Shown in pieces: positions 1 to 11,100 of a stretch of DNA of 64,000 nt. The DNA is from an uncultured bacterium. GTDB taxonomy: Bacteria > Bacillota_I > Bacilli_A > RFN20 > CAG-826. Every line of letters starts with the position of its first letter. Position 1 is the stretch's first letter. Below the pieces are notes generated by a model. That model saw only the letters and a list, made by a program, of their open reading frames with translations, ran no database searches and was not told where the DNA came from. The position numbers were made by a program, and so were the translations under genes. The stretch spans positions 308-64,307 of the forward strand of contig CASDXP010000003.1 of assembly GCA_949285455.1 (NCBI GenBank). Reading direction: 5' to 3'.

Positions 1-539
1 CCCGTGACATTTAAAATAATTGCACCCCCACCGACGAGATACATGACCATCGAAAGAATTTCAAATTTAACCATGTTGATACTAGAAAAAGTCACGCCGA
101 TGATAAGGCATGTATAACTGATGGCGAAGATGAGATAGCCACTCCACCAAGTATTTGGAATGTTCCATAACAAGGCTTCATGTTCGATCATCCCTACCAA
201 ACAAAATGGAGCGTAACTCCCCGCCACTAAAAGATAGATCATCGCATGGTCGATAATGCGCATAACTTTTTTACCTTTGTTTTTCTTAAGCGCGTGATAG
301 ACGCAAGAAATAGTCATGCAGACGATGATCGAAACACTATAAAAAATAGAAGTGATAGTTTTGACGATGTACATCGTATCGTAACTAATAGAAGAAACGT
401 AAGGATAAACACCATTAATTTTCAATAAAGATAAGATGAGGACGACGATACCAAAAATAGCCCCGAGACCGTGGCTGATAGAATTCCATAATTCCTGCGC
501 TAAGGTGTAATTTGCGTGTTCAAGTTTGGCTAATTTCAT
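1..539 (-). CDS. Hemolysin III / PAQR family membrane protein (3' end outside the window)
   Basis: Not in the ORF track because it is partial. Manual minus-strand translation from ATG at 539 gives MKLAKLEHANYTLAQELWNSISHGLGAIFG and later RIIDHAMIYLLVAGSYAP. These match the HlyIII motifs ExxNxxxH and DHxxIYLLIAGSYTP. Confidence 0.85.
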   Translation of the reverse strand, partial: MKLAKLEHANYTLAQELWNSISHGLGAIFGIVVLILSLLKINGVYPYVSSISYDTMYIVKTITSIFYSVSIIVCMTISCVYHALKKNKGKKVMRIIDHAMIYLLVAGSYAPFCLVGMIEHEALLWNIPNTWWSGYLIFAISYTCLIIGVTFSSINMVKFEILSMVMYLVGGGAIILNVT

Positions 540-588
540 GCCATAAACTTTATAAGTTTTTTAACTAAGATACAAGCAAAATAACAAC

Positions 589-2142
589 TTATTTTGTCGA
601 GATTTTTATCGTCGCGTCAAAATTATTAATATCTTCGATAGAAATTGTAAAATTAAGAGCACTTCCATCGTAAAATGTAAAATCGTCATAAGTCGTAAGA
701 CCAAAATTATCGCCTTCTAAAAATAACGATGAATTATCAAATGTCCCGCCACCATTTAAGAAACGATTAGATTCGCTATGTTCTAAAAGTAAATAGAAGG
801 GATGAGTGGAAGAATTGTTATCGTACATCAAATCGAGCCAATAAGCATTATCGTTAGGCACGTAAGTGTCATCTAAAGCATGGAGTAAATTCATCGAACC
901 TGCTCCGGTGACATGATAATAGGCTAAAGTCGCATCGACGTGATAAATTTTAATGCCAGGAAGTCTAGGCATCGAAGCTGTTTCAACTTCCCCTTCCGGA
1001 TTAGTGAAAGAAATGTAAGAAGAAGGATAATTAAATCCCGTCGGAGCGTAATATTCAATTAAAAGATATTCATCGAACATCGAACCATTCCAACCACGCG
1101 GATGAGGAATTAAGATGACATCACCGCTTTGACTTAAAGGACGAATGGTAATGCTCGCTTCACCAGTGACGACGTAAGGTCTCGTCCAGTTCAATAAAAT
1201 TTTTGTTAAAGCACTATGATCACCAATAGAATAATCCATCATCTCAAGTCTTCCTGTCGGAGTAGTTTTACCATCCTTCGTGTTGTAATAATCAGGTAGT
1301 CCAAAAAGATGGCCTGTCTCATGTACGAGGACATGCGTATCAGTATAACCAATATTTTCATTCAATTGAAAATAACTGGTCCAAGAAAAATTTCCTATCA
1401 AATCGCCACTATTTTGGAAAGTTGTAAAAGCCCAGAAGACTGAATCATCATCTTGTCTAGGATCGATGACATCCGCAGAATAAATTAAATATAATGCGTC
1501 GACTCTTCCATCGTTATCTTGATCGAAATAGGCTTTATTTTGAGGATACGTCGCAAAATAATCTTCTACTGCTTCTTTAGCGACATTATATGTTTCAGCG
1601 CGTGAAGAACTCTTCAATTGTTCGTACGTTTTAGAAGGTGTGAAGGCATCCGCGACTTTACCAGTCAAAGAAAATTTACCATAACTTGTCCGATTATAAA
1701 AACTTGCGACGCTTTCCCAGCTCGTCGCTTTGCTCTCACCAAAAAAGGCATTTTCTAAATTCGTTTTAACCTTAGCGGGTTTTATTCCCGCTTCGCTAAA
1801 AGATGCATCTTTGAAATTGATGGGAATCACTAACATCGTACGCGATTGGTCGTTTTCGTTCGTACTAATTAATGAACTACGCCAATACGCACTAGTGCGT
1901 GTACGAAACATTTCGTCATAAGTCGTAATTTCTTTCCAAGATTTACTACGACAATCATAATAAGGGAGAGACTTATAACTCGCTGGTTTATAATAACCTT
2001 CGCCCACTACTTCTTCATAATTATCTTCATCGAAATATAGACGGACGTAAGGAACAAATCTTTCCATTCCTAAAAATTGACAACCGCTAGAAGCGATGAA
2101 TAATAAAGATAAAGAAAGGAAACCAAGACGAGAATATTTCAT
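589..2142 (-). CDS. M6 (immune inhibitor A-like) zinc metalloprotease, predicted lipoprotein
   Basis: HETGHLFGLPDYY (HExxHxxGxxD), Met-turn LEMMDY, SVASFYNRTSYGK and FDQDNDGRVD segments. N-terminal signal ends in ASSGC. Confidence 0.8.
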   Translation of the reverse strand: MKYSRLGFLSLSLLFIASSGCQFLGMERFVPYVRLYFDEDNYEEVVGEGYYKPASYKSLPYYDCRSKSWKEITTYDEMFRTRTSAYWRSSLISTNENDQSRTMLVIPINFKDASFSEAGIKPAKVKTNLENAFFGESKATSWESVASFYNRTSYGKFSLTGKVADAFTPSKTYEQLKSSSRAETYNVAKEAVEDYFATYPQNKAYFDQDNDGRVDALYLIYSADVIDPRQDDDSVFWAFTTFQNSGDLIGNFSWTSYFQLNENIGYTDTHVLVHETGHLFGLPDYYNTKDGKTTPTGRLEMMDYSIGDHSALTKILLNWTRPYVVTGEASITIRPLSQSGDVILIPHPRGWNGSMFDEYLLIEYYAPTGFNYPSSYISFTNPEGEVETASMPRLPGIKIYHVDATLAYYHVTGAGSMNLLHALDDTYVPNDNAYWLDLMYDNNSSTHPFYLLLEHSESNRFLNGGGTFDNSSLFLEGDNFGLTTYDDFTFYDGSALNFTISIEDINNFDATIKISTK

Positions 2143-2147
2143 ATTTA

Positions 2148-3602
2148 TTAAGCGCTAAAGGTCACGTTCGCAAGACAATTCATTCGCCAATCAGCACTCC
2201 AATTTTCGCTCTGAGATTCTAAGCAATTGAAAGTGAGATTGACGCTACTTGTTAGACCGCTAAAGGCATAACCACCAACGTAACTTGGTGAAGCAAAAGT
2301 TAAAGAAGTTACATCCGTCAAATTGGCGAACGCATACGCACCAATTTTTTCTACAGTTAAAGCACTTAAATCTAAGGAGACAAGTTTAGAATCATAGAAA
2401 GCATATTCCCCAATTTCTTTTAAAGTAGAAGGAAGCGTAATTTCTTTAATGTTAGATGAAGCGAAAGCTGAAGAAGGAATTTCTTCAATATTTAATGCAC
2501 TTAAATCCACTTCTTCGATAGCGGAGCCATAAAAAGCATATTCTTCCATCGTTTGAAGGCTAGACGCTAAAGAAGTTAAATCGAGACTAGTCTTACCAGC
2601 TGGAACAGCGATAAGAGTCGTTAAATCTTTGTTTAAAAGAACGCCATCTACGACAGCAAAATGTTCATTTTCTTCATCGATAGTAAAAGCTTCCAAAGCC
2701 TCCAAATTTAAGAAAGCAGTCGAAGCAATATTTAATAGATTTGCGTTCAAAGTAATAGAACTTAAAGCATCGTTATTAGCGAAAGCATAATCGCCGATAG
2801 AACCTAAAGCCGTAGGCAAGGCCACACTTAATAAGGCGTTACAATTGTAGAAAGCATATGCACCGATAGTTTGAATGTTCGGAGCAAAATTAATTTGCGT
2901 TAAAGAAGAACAATTGTAGAAGCTACGCGCTCCAATGCTCACTAACATCGTGTTCGTATTAAAATTGATTAAATTTGTAAGAGATGAGCAATTGTAGAAA
3001 GCCGCTTCGCCTATCTCGATAATTGCATCACTAAAAGTAAAACTCCTCAGCGACGTACAACCAGAGAAAGCATTCGCAGGAATAGAAGTAAAATATAAGC
3101 CAGCTTCTTGGTCGATGACGAAGGGATAGACAAATTCTTCTAAGGAAGTGCAATTGAGGAAAGCACCATCACCAATAGTGATGGAGGAATTTGAAGCAAA
3201 ATTAATTTCGCTTAAAGCACTACAATTCGCGAAAGCATTCATCTCGATATTACGTAAAGAAGCAGGTAAAGTAATCGATTGGATCGAAGAAGCAGTAAAA
3301 GCATCGCTCATAATGTCGATGACCCCTTCTTCCACTATGACATTTTTAACTGCATCATTACCTTCTAAACAAAAAGTTTCAATCGTCGTGACAGGATGAA
3401 GACCATTCGTACCATCATCGTATTCACCAGCGATCGTAATCGTTTCATCATCCCCACCATAAGCGGTGAAAGAATACGTTTGTAAATCTGCGTTATAAGT
3501 ATAGTTAAATTCGCTACCGACGACTGTCTCTTCTTCCTGACCACAGCCACTTAGTAGAGCGATACTTAGTAATGGAATTAAGATTAATTTTTTTGCTTTC
3601 AT
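2148..3602 (-). CDS. BspA/TpLRR-type leucine-rich repeat surface lipoprotein
   Basis: Many IgxxAFxnCxxLxxi repeats. Start moved to MKAKKLILIPLLSIALLSGC (lipobox LSGC), which has an AGGTG SD upstream. Confidence 0.85.
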   Translation of the reverse strand: MKAKKLILIPLLSIALLSGCGQEEETVVGSEFNYTYNADLQTYSFTAYGGDDETITIAGEYDDGTNGLHPVTTIETFCLEGNDAVKNVIVEEGVIDIMSDAFTASSIQSITLPASLRNIEMNAFANCSALSEINFASNSSITIGDGAFLNCTSLEEFVYPFVIDQEAGLYFTSIPANAFSGCTSLRSFTFSDAIIEIGEAAFYNCSSLTNLINFNTNTMLVSIGARSFYNCSSLTQINFAPNIQTIGAYAFYNCNALLSVALPTALGSIGDYAFANNDALSSITLNANLLNIASTAFLNLEALEAFTIDEENEHFAVVDGVLLNKDLTTLIAVPAGKTSLDLTSLASSLQTMEEYAFYGSAIEEVDLSALNIEEIPSSAFASSNIKEITLPSTLKEIGEYAFYDSKLVSLDLSALTVEKIGAYAFANLTDVTSLTFASPSYVGGYAFSGLTSSVNLTFNCLESQSENWSADWRMNCLANVTFSA

Positions 3603-3726
3603 AATTTTCACCTGCCAACGTAATAATAATATAATATACACTTAAGTTTAATTATCAATTAAATTTTAAATTGCCATCGAGAAAATAAGATGCGATAAAA
3701 ATAATCAAATCTTTTTTAAAGAAAAA

Positions 3727-5028
3727 TTATTCTTCTTCTTTTTCTACTTTTTGGCAGATAATCTTTTTCACCGTGTGGTGTTTACCTAAGGCGAGAACTT
3801 TCATCTTCACATCTTGGAACATGACTTCGTCACCCCTATTTGCGAATTTATCATCCAATAGTTCGATGATGAAACCACCGATGGTGACATATTCAGTATC
3901 AAGTTCTTCATAATCGATATCAAATAAAGTGCAGAAATCTTCTAAATTCATCCCTCCATCGACGATGTAACTGCCATCATTTCTTTCGATGTAAGGTTCA
4001 TCTTTATCATCCGTTTCATCCCAAATCTCACCGACGATTTCTTCGATGATATCTTCCCTTGTAATTAAACCTTCGGTTCCACCATATTCATCTAAGATAA
4101 TAGCGATATGTTCATGCTCTTTTTTAAAATAATTTAAGACATCATTTATTTCTGTCGTACGTGGGAAAAATTGAATATCTTCGATGACGTCGCTAATATC
4201 GTTCGTTCGTCCTTCTAATTTGAGACGAATCAACGCTTTAGAGCGAACGTATCCGATGATGTTGTCAATCGTTTCATCGTAGACTGGAATTCTTGAATAA
4301 TTGAAAGTTTTTGGACTCGCTAAAATATCATCTAAACTATCGTTTTTATCGATTGCGTAAATTTTCGCGCGTGGGGTCATAATTTCATAAGTTTCCGTCG
4401 AGGCATAATCGACTGTTCCCCTTAGAAGTTCAGCTTTATCTTCATCGATGAGCCCTTCTTCTTCCCCTTCATCGATCATTTCATGCAATTCTTCATCGCT
4501 TATTTTAATATCTTTAACATTCTTGGTAACTGGATAAGTGACTAAACTTCCAAAACCACCCACTAAGAAAGTGATAGGAATGGTGACGTAATAACAAATC
4601 GTAATAAGTGCACTATAGAAATTTGCGAACTTATAGTTATAAATTTTACCGATAGATTTCGCGATAATTTCACCGACCGTAATTTTTAAAACTAAGACAA
4701 TCAAAGAAGCGGCGAGACCAAAAGTATTCGTGATTTTTGGATCATAAATCCCCATAAATTCCGTCGCTAATAAGACACCGCACATCGTTGCAATCGTATC
4801 TAATGCCGCATTGATCGTATCGTTAAATAATAAGATGGTGGAGATAGTTTTATCGTAATTTCTCGTCAACTTTTCCGCTCTTTTTAAGCTGCTAGAAGGA
4901 TGAGTGTTAAGCCTTCTTAAAATACGTTCGTGAGAGACGCTACCATAAGCCATATCCGCACTCGAATAGATGAAGGATAAGAAAAGTAAGACAAAGATTA
5001 AAGCAATGTAAACCCAAAAGATAGCCAT
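3727..5028 (-). CDS. CNNM/DUF21-CBS-CorC_HlyC membrane protein (Mg2+/divalent cation transporter family)
   Basis: N-terminal TM helices with SSADMAY and GEIIAKSI. CBS pair (IMTPR, YSRIPVY, DEYGGTEGLITREDIIEEIVGEI) and C-terminal CorC_HlyC domain (YIVDG...TIGGF). Confidence 0.85.
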   Translation of the reverse strand: MAIFWVYIALIFVLLFLSFIYSSADMAYGSVSHERILRRLNTHPSSSLKRAEKLTRNYDKTISTILLFNDTINAALDTIATMCGVLLATEFMGIYDPKITNTFGLAASLIVLVLKITVGEIIAKSIGKIYNYKFANFYSALITICYYVTIPITFLVGGFGSLVTYPVTKNVKDIKISDEELHEMIDEGEEEGLIDEDKAELLRGTVDYASTETYEIMTPRAKIYAIDKNDSLDDILASPKTFNYSRIPVYDETIDNIIGYVRSKALIRLKLEGRTNDISDVIEDIQFFPRTTEINDVLNYFKKEHEHIAIILDEYGGTEGLITREDIIEEIVGEIWDETDDKDEPYIERNDGSYIVDGGMNLEDFCTLFDIDYEELDTEYVTIGGFIIELLDDKFANRGDEVMFQDVKMKVLALGKHHTVKKIICQKVEKEEE

Positions 5029-5032
5029 CGTC

Positions 5033-6160
5033 TTACTTCACCCCTTTCTTCATTTGATAAATTGATTCGAGATGGGAAGTTTCCCCTACTAATTCATCTA
5101 AAATATCTTCCATCGTCACCATACCTAGCAATTTATCGTTTTCATCTTTAACTAGGCCAATGTGCAATTTTTCTTCATTTAATTTATCGAAAATTTCATT
5201 CACTTTCGCATCTTTAGAAAAATAGATAGGTGGAAGAAGAATGGAACGAATATCGAGATGAGGATCTTCATTATATTCTTTAAAATAAGTGTTAACGCTT
5301 AAGATACCGATGATGTCATCTTTATTTTCATCGTAGATAGGAAAACGAGAAAATTTAGAAGACATGATGAGACTATTAAGTGTCGTGTTCGTCAAATCGT
5401 TAATGTCGAAAGAGACGATTTTTTCTTTTGGAGTTAATACTTGTTCAACTTTAATTTGATCGAAGATGAACGCTCTATCGAACATTTTCATCTCTTCCGG
5501 CTTAAATAATTGTTCTTCTTCATTATTGACATTTTCATCCGTGACAGCTTCGTCAGCCTTTTCGATAAAATCTTCTTTCGTAAGCATATTATCGTCTTTG
5601 ATTTTAAACATCTTGTGAACGAGTTTTAAAATACCTTTAAATAAGATGATGATAGGAAAAAGAATGATTGAGAAAATGAAATCGGGCCAGGCTAAGATGT
5701 AAACCATCTTATTTGGAATAGCTTTCGATAAGATTTTTGGACATGTATCAGCGATGATATAGACCGCGAAAGCGACGACGACTGTCGAAAGGACGACTTC
5801 GATCGATTCCCCCCACCCATTCGCATTACAAATGTTGTAGAACAAAATAGCGGAGATGGTCGAAATTAAAGTTTGGACGATATTGTTACCGACGAGAACG
5901 CTCACTAAAGTCGATTCAAATTTTTCCGTGAGGCGAACGATTATTTTAGGAGTAATTTTACCTTCGTCAGCTAAAACTTTAAAATGATATTTATTACAAT
6001 TGGAGAAAGCGTTCTCAGAAGCAGAAAAAAGTGCTGAGAATACTAAAAGGATGGCAATCAAAAGCCAAGAAGCCCAAAAGGGCATACCGAAAGCGCCTAG
6101 CAATTCGTTGCTACTCAGCGGATCTGTAGTGCTATCGGAAACTAAACTTAACAAATTCAT
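5033..6160 (-). CDS. CNNM/DUF21-CBS membrane protein lacking the C-terminal CorC_HlyC domain
   Basis: FSASENAFS, VLVGNNIVQ, CBS motifs FSRFPIY and GMVTMEDILDELVGE. The protein ends shortly after the CBS pair. Confidence 0.85.
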   Translation of the reverse strand: MNLLSLVSDSTTDPLSSNELLGAFGMPFWASWLLIAILLVFSALFSASENAFSNCNKYHFKVLADEGKITPKIIVRLTEKFESTLVSVLVGNNIVQTLISTISAILFYNICNANGWGESIEVVLSTVVVAFAVYIIADTCPKILSKAIPNKMVYILAWPDFIFSIILFPIIILFKGILKLVHKMFKIKDDNMLTKEDFIEKADEAVTDENVNNEEEQLFKPEEMKMFDRAFIFDQIKVEQVLTPKEKIVSFDINDLTNTTLNSLIMSSKFSRFPIYDENKDDIIGILSVNTYFKEYNEDPHLDIRSILLPPIYFSKDAKVNEIFDKLNEEKLHIGLVKDENDKLLGMVTMEDILDELVGETSHLESIYQMKKGVK

Positions 6161-6170
6161 AGCGGGGTTA

Positions 6171-6200
6171 ATTATATATAAACAAAAACTTGATTGTCAA
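6171..6200 (-). promoter_or_regulatory. Sigma-A promoter of the CNNM pair (TTGACA-18-TATAAT), near-leaderless
   Basis: Perfect hexamers on the minus strand. The -10 ends 10 nt before the ATG at 6160 and no SD is visible. Confidence 0.7.
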
Positions 6201-6236
6201 TAGATTCCGCTACTTCATCTTTATTCATTCTTCAAT

Positions 6237-6265
6237 AAAAAAGCCCTAGACTTCCATCTAGAGCT
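6237..6265 (-). terminator. Intrinsic terminator after the second M6 protease
   Basis: Minus-strand hairpin AGCTCTAGA-tggaag-TCTAGGGCT followed by a T run. Confidence 0.7.
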
Positions 6266-6289
6266 CTTAAAATTTAATTTTGAATATAA

Positions 6290-8002
6290 TTATTCAGCGT
6301 AGGCGAAGGTGATGGTAGCGACACCATCTTCGATCGCATCAATTGTGAAGGTCCAACCAAATGGGTCTTCGCTATTCATCGTGAAATCTTTAAACGTTCT
6401 TACGCCGAAACTATCACCAGCTTTGAATAACGTATCATTATTTGCGTGTCCACCAGTGATGAACGTATTTTGACCGCTAGATTCAAGTAAGTGAATGAGT
6501 TTAAATTCTGAATTAGCAGCGCTTCTAGAAGCGGTATTAGACGCCACAATTTGTGTACGTTGACGATCACCCATCGATAAGGCAGTCGCGTAACGTGAGA
6601 ATTCATAAGAACTAGAAGTATCATTATATGAGAATAATCCAAATCTTGAATCGATATGATAAACTTTGACACCGACATCCGTATAAAGAAGAGGATAGAT
6701 ACCATTTAATGATTCAGTTGAATCGACAGCGTTCAATCCATCTGGTGTGTAAAGTTCAAGTAAGATATATTCATCAAGTGGAGTGTTACGATATTCTAAT
6801 CCACGTGCTTTTACTAAAAGAGCAACGCCATCTTTACCACTTTGCATCGCATTTAATGTATAAGTACCAGGCTTATCGACGACTGTTGGAGTAATCCATT
6901 GTGAAAGCATCTTGGAATAAGCATTATGATCACCTAAGTTATGATCCATCATATCGAGCCAGCCAGCCGCGTACCAGTCCTTTTGATCGTAAGTATAATA
7001 ATCTTCGTACGCGCATAATGCGTGACCGTGCTCATGGATGACAGTATGAGTATCTAATCTTACATCATCCCTAGCGATAATTTGTGAAAGTTGATTTGCT
7101 TCCGCAGAATCTTTCCAAGAGAGACCAACGAAAGTGTGATCATCATTGTAATAACCTTCGTAATATAGTTGATCCCAACTCATCCAAACGAAACGATATC
7201 TTTGTGGAGCATAACGACTTGGTAAACCATCGTAAGCTTCGCTCGCACCAGTTTCAAGCCATGGAGATTGATAGAAATCACTATGGGTGAAAGCCCAGAA
7301 TGTTTCTTGGTAAGCGCTAGAAACATTACCGCTCATGTTAGGATAAGAATGGCAAGAATAAATCATCGAAATACAATCGATGTAACCATCTTGGTTCTTA
7401 TCATATTTCATCGCCCATTTATAACCTTCTTCGGTAATGTAACCATAATCGGTAATACCAGTTTTTTGACGATAGAAGTCACGAAGAATTCTAAATGGAG
7501 CAGAACCACCTTGACCATTGTTATAATCATCTTCGAAAATTTTTGCAAGTTCATCGACGGTTAAGCCACAGTTCCACCACGAATCATTGACTTCGCCGAC
7601 AACTTTCATTTGCCCGTAACTTGATTTTTCATAATAAGAGGCAAGCGATTCAGTGAGAGCAGGATTGGTTTCAGGATCGCCAAAGAATGCTTGTTCGATT
7701 TGTTGTAGTTGATAATCTGCACCGCCAGGAAGTTCGCTCGCTGGAGCGTCGACAAATTCAACAGGTAAGACGAAAACCGCCACTTCACCAATCGTCGCTG
7801 GATCCCCGGAAATATAAGTAGTCGTATAAGTTTCAAGACCATCCGCATTGATGAAGAAATCTTTCGAACTACGATAATTACTAGCAATGTTCAAATCATT
7901 GTATGTGATACCTTTTTCAGTGGGATCATTTCCCGGATCACAAGCGACAAGTAACATCGCAACAAGGGATAAAGCAAGTGTTGCGTAACGTAATTTTGCC
8001 AT
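6290..8002 (-). CDS. M6-family zinc metalloprotease-like lipoprotein (variant zinc motif)
   Basis: Lipobox LVAC, SLASYYEKSSYG, YDKNQDGYID, FWAFT, HEHGHALCAYEDYY, LDMMDHNLGDHNAYSK. Clear paralog of 589-2142. Confidence 0.8.
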   Translation of the reverse strand: MAKLRYATLALSLVAMLLVACDPGNDPTEKGITYNDLNIASNYRSSKDFFINADGLETYTTTYISGDPATIGEVAVFVLPVEFVDAPASELPGGADYQLQQIEQAFFGDPETNPALTESLASYYEKSSYGQMKVVGEVNDSWWNCGLTVDELAKIFEDDYNNGQGGSAPFRILRDFYRQKTGITDYGYITEEGYKWAMKYDKNQDGYIDCISMIYSCHSYPNMSGNVSSAYQETFWAFTHSDFYQSPWLETGASEAYDGLPSRYAPQRYRFVWMSWDQLYYEGYYNDDHTFVGLSWKDSAEANQLSQIIARDDVRLDTHTVIHEHGHALCAYEDYYTYDQKDWYAAGWLDMMDHNLGDHNAYSKMLSQWITPTVVDKPGTYTLNAMQSGKDGVALLVKARGLEYRNTPLDEYILLELYTPDGLNAVDSTESLNGIYPLLYTDVGVKVYHIDSRFGLFSYNDTSSSYEFSRYATALSMGDRQRTQIVASNTASRSAANSEFKLIHLLESSGQNTFITGGHANNDTLFKAGDSFGVRTFKDFTMNSEDPFGWTFTIDAIEDGVATITFAYAE

Positions 8003-8058
8003 ATGTTTTCTCCTTTCAAATTTAAAATTTGACTTATATCTATTTTAGATATGCATCT

Positions 8059-8086
8059 ATTATATTCATGAGATAAAAAGTGTCAA
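8059..8086 (-). promoter_or_regulatory. Sigma-A promoter (TTGACA-16-TATAAT) for the M6 lipoprotein gene
   Basis: Perfect hexamers on the minus strand, upstream of an AAAGGAG SD. Confidence 0.6.
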
Positions 8087-8117
8087 ATAAAATATATTAA
8101 TAAAAGTAATTATAATT

Positions 8118-8141
8118 AAAAAGCCTACATAAAGTAGGCTT
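8118..8141 (-). terminator. Intrinsic terminator after rpoC
   Basis: Minus-strand hairpin AAGCCTAC-tttat-GTAGGCTT followed by TTT. Confidence 0.7.
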
Positions 8142-8175
8142 AATAAGTGATATTAACTAATTTTTTAAGAAAGTC

Positions 8176-11100
8176 TTAGTCCTTACGATCATGCGCTTCG
8201 ATATATTGCGCCTTCACTTCATCCATACGTTTTAAAACGTCGAAATCTTTTAAAAGTTCACTTTCTTGTTCACGGTTTAATAAACCTCGACCAGCAGGAA
8301 TTAGTTTACCGGTGATGACGTTTTCTTTTAGACCGTGGAGACTATCAGTTTTAGCTTTGATAGCGGCATCGGTTAAGACACGTGTCGTCTCTTGGAAAGA
8401 GGCCGCTGATAAGAAGGAATCAGTTTGTAAGGCGGCTTCGGTAATACGTAAAATTAATGGTGAAGCCATGGCTGGACGTTTACCTTCTTTCATCACACGT
8501 TCATTTTCACGTGTGAAGTCTTCGACGGACACACGCATACCTGGAAGCATGTAAGTATCGCCACCTTCGATGACAGCGACTTTACGTAACATTTGACGGA
8601 CGATGACTTCGATATGTTTATCAGAGATACCAATACCTTGGGCACGATAGACTTTTTGCACTTCTTTAATAAGGTAATTTTCTACCGCGACCACCCCTGC
8701 GCATTCGAGCAATTCTTTCGGTGAGATAGCCCCTTCAGTAATCTTGCCACCAGCTTTGACGAAATCACCATTTCTAACACGTAGGCGCGAGCCGAACGGA
8801 ATATCGTAAGTTTTCGATTCTTTATCATTCGTGACGATCGCATGACTATCTTTGTCTTTAAGTTCGACCGTTCCACTAATTTCGGAGATGAGAGCTTTAC
8901 CTTTCGGATTACGGGCTTCGAATAGTTCTTGCACACGTGGTAAACCTTGCGTGATATCGCTACCCGCGACGCCACCTTCGTGGAAAGTACGCATCGTAAG
9001 CTGCGTGCCAGGTTCACCGATCGATTGTGCTGCCATCGTTCCGACCGCTTCACCAACTTCGACGACTTTACCAGTCGCTAAGTTACGACCATAACAATGG
9101 ACGCAGACACCATTTTTCGTCTCGCAGCCAAATAGAGAACGAATTTCTACTTCTTTGATACCTGCTGCGACGACTTTATCAGCCATATCTTCTTCGATTA
9201 AAGTATTAGGTGGGACGATGACTTCACCAGTTGTAGGATCAGCAATTGCACGTAAAGAGAATCTTCCCACTAATCGATCTTTTAAAGGAACGATGACGTT
9301 TTGACGTGACGTATCCATTATATCTTTGACGATGTAACCATGGTCCGTACCACAATCAACTTCGCGGACGATGACGTCTTGAGAGACGTCGACGAGACGA
9401 CGAGTAAGATAACCAGAGTCAGCAGTCTTCAAGGCTGTATCCGCACCACCCTTACGGGCACCGTGCGTAGCGATGAAGAATTCAGAGACCGTTAGACCTT
9501 CACGGAAACATGATTTGATAGGAATTTCGATGGCTTCACCCTTCGGGTTAGACATCAAGCCACGGAAGCCTGCTAATTGACGGAAGTTCGAATCGGAACC
9601 ACGTGCACCACTATCTTTCATCATGAAGATTGGATTACGTTTATCATTCGAAATTTGTGTCGAAAGTTCAGATTGAATAATTTTACCTGTCTTCTCCCAA
9701 ACTTCGATAACTTTTCTATGTCTTTCTTCATCGGTAAGTAGACCTTCTTCGTAAAGTTGTTCGAATTGATTAACTTGTTCATCACCTTCAGCGATAATTT
9801 CTTTTTTGTTATGTAAGACTTTGATGTCGTCGATGGAGATGGTGATACCAGCAATCGTCGAATATTGGAAACCATAGTCTTTAATCTTATCTAAGACTGC
9901 ACTTGTCTTAGAAGTTCCATAGACCTTAAAAATTTGATTGATGATGTTTCCGATATCAGATTTCTTAAATGGTTCCACTAAGGGACGAGAAGCAATTTCT
10001 TCTTTGATATTCGTGCCGCGTGGGACGAAATATTTATCGATATTTTCAAGAAGATTTTCTTTGCTAGGTTCATTTAAATAAGGGAAATCTGTGGGGAAAA
10101 TTTGATTGAAAATAACTTTTCCAACACTTGTAAGTAAATAAGAATTATTCTCATTTTCATCAAATGATGATTTAAGTAAAGAACGCCCTAATAAAGCGAT
10201 ACGATTATGGAGATGAATAGCTTTTGTTTGATAGGCATGTAAAACTTCGTTCACGCTCGCGAAGACTTTACCTTCTTCTTTTGCATAAAGTTCATATTTT
10301 TCCGCCTCTTCTTCATCACCTAAATTGCGAAGTTTTTGGGCTTTTTTAAGGAAGTCTTCCTTACTTGCTTCTAAGGTTAAATAATAAATACCAAGGACCA
10401 TGTCTTGCGATGGCGTAACGATTGGTTTACCATCTTTTGGACCAAGAATATTATTGCTTGCAAGCATGAGGTTTAAGGCTTCTTCTTGTGCGGCTTTACC
10501 AAGCGGTACATGGACCGCCATTTGGTCGCCGTCGAAGTCAGCGTTGAAACCAGTACAGACGAGAGGATGTAATCTAATCGCACGACCATCGACAAGTTTT
10601 GGTTGGAAAGCTTGAATACCGAGACGGTGTAACGTCGGCGCGCGGTTCAATAACACTGGGTGAGAAGAAATGATTTCTTCTAAAATTTCGAAAACTTTTT
10701 CGTCTCGACGATCGATGATCTTATCGGCGATTTTATGCGCATTACAAACGCCATCGCGAATAAGTCTAGAAGCGATGAATGGACGAAGGAGTTGAATCGC
10801 CATCTCACGAGGAAGACCGCATTGATACATCTTAAGATCTGGTCCAACGGCGATGACGGAACGTCCGGAGAAATCGACACGTTTACCAAGTAAGTTTTGT
10901 CTAAAACGACCTTGCTTACCTTTAAGGGCACTAGAAAGAGATTTTAATGGACGTGAACCTGTACCAGTGACAGCCTTATTTCTACGACCATTATCGATAA
11001 GTGCATCCACTGCTTCTTGTAACATACGTTTTTCATTCATCAAGATGACGTAAGGTGCATTCATTTCGATGAGACGACGTAGACGAGAATTACGCGTGAT

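Noticed and set aside
246-428. 60-aa plus-strand ORF
   Set aside because: It is the antisense shadow of the hemolysin-III-family gene on the minus strand.
1-6160. 'Hemolysin' genes as a cytolytic toxin locus
   Set aside because: HlyIII/PAQR and CNNM-CBS families carry legacy names. They are generally membrane-homeostasis and Mg2+ transport proteins.
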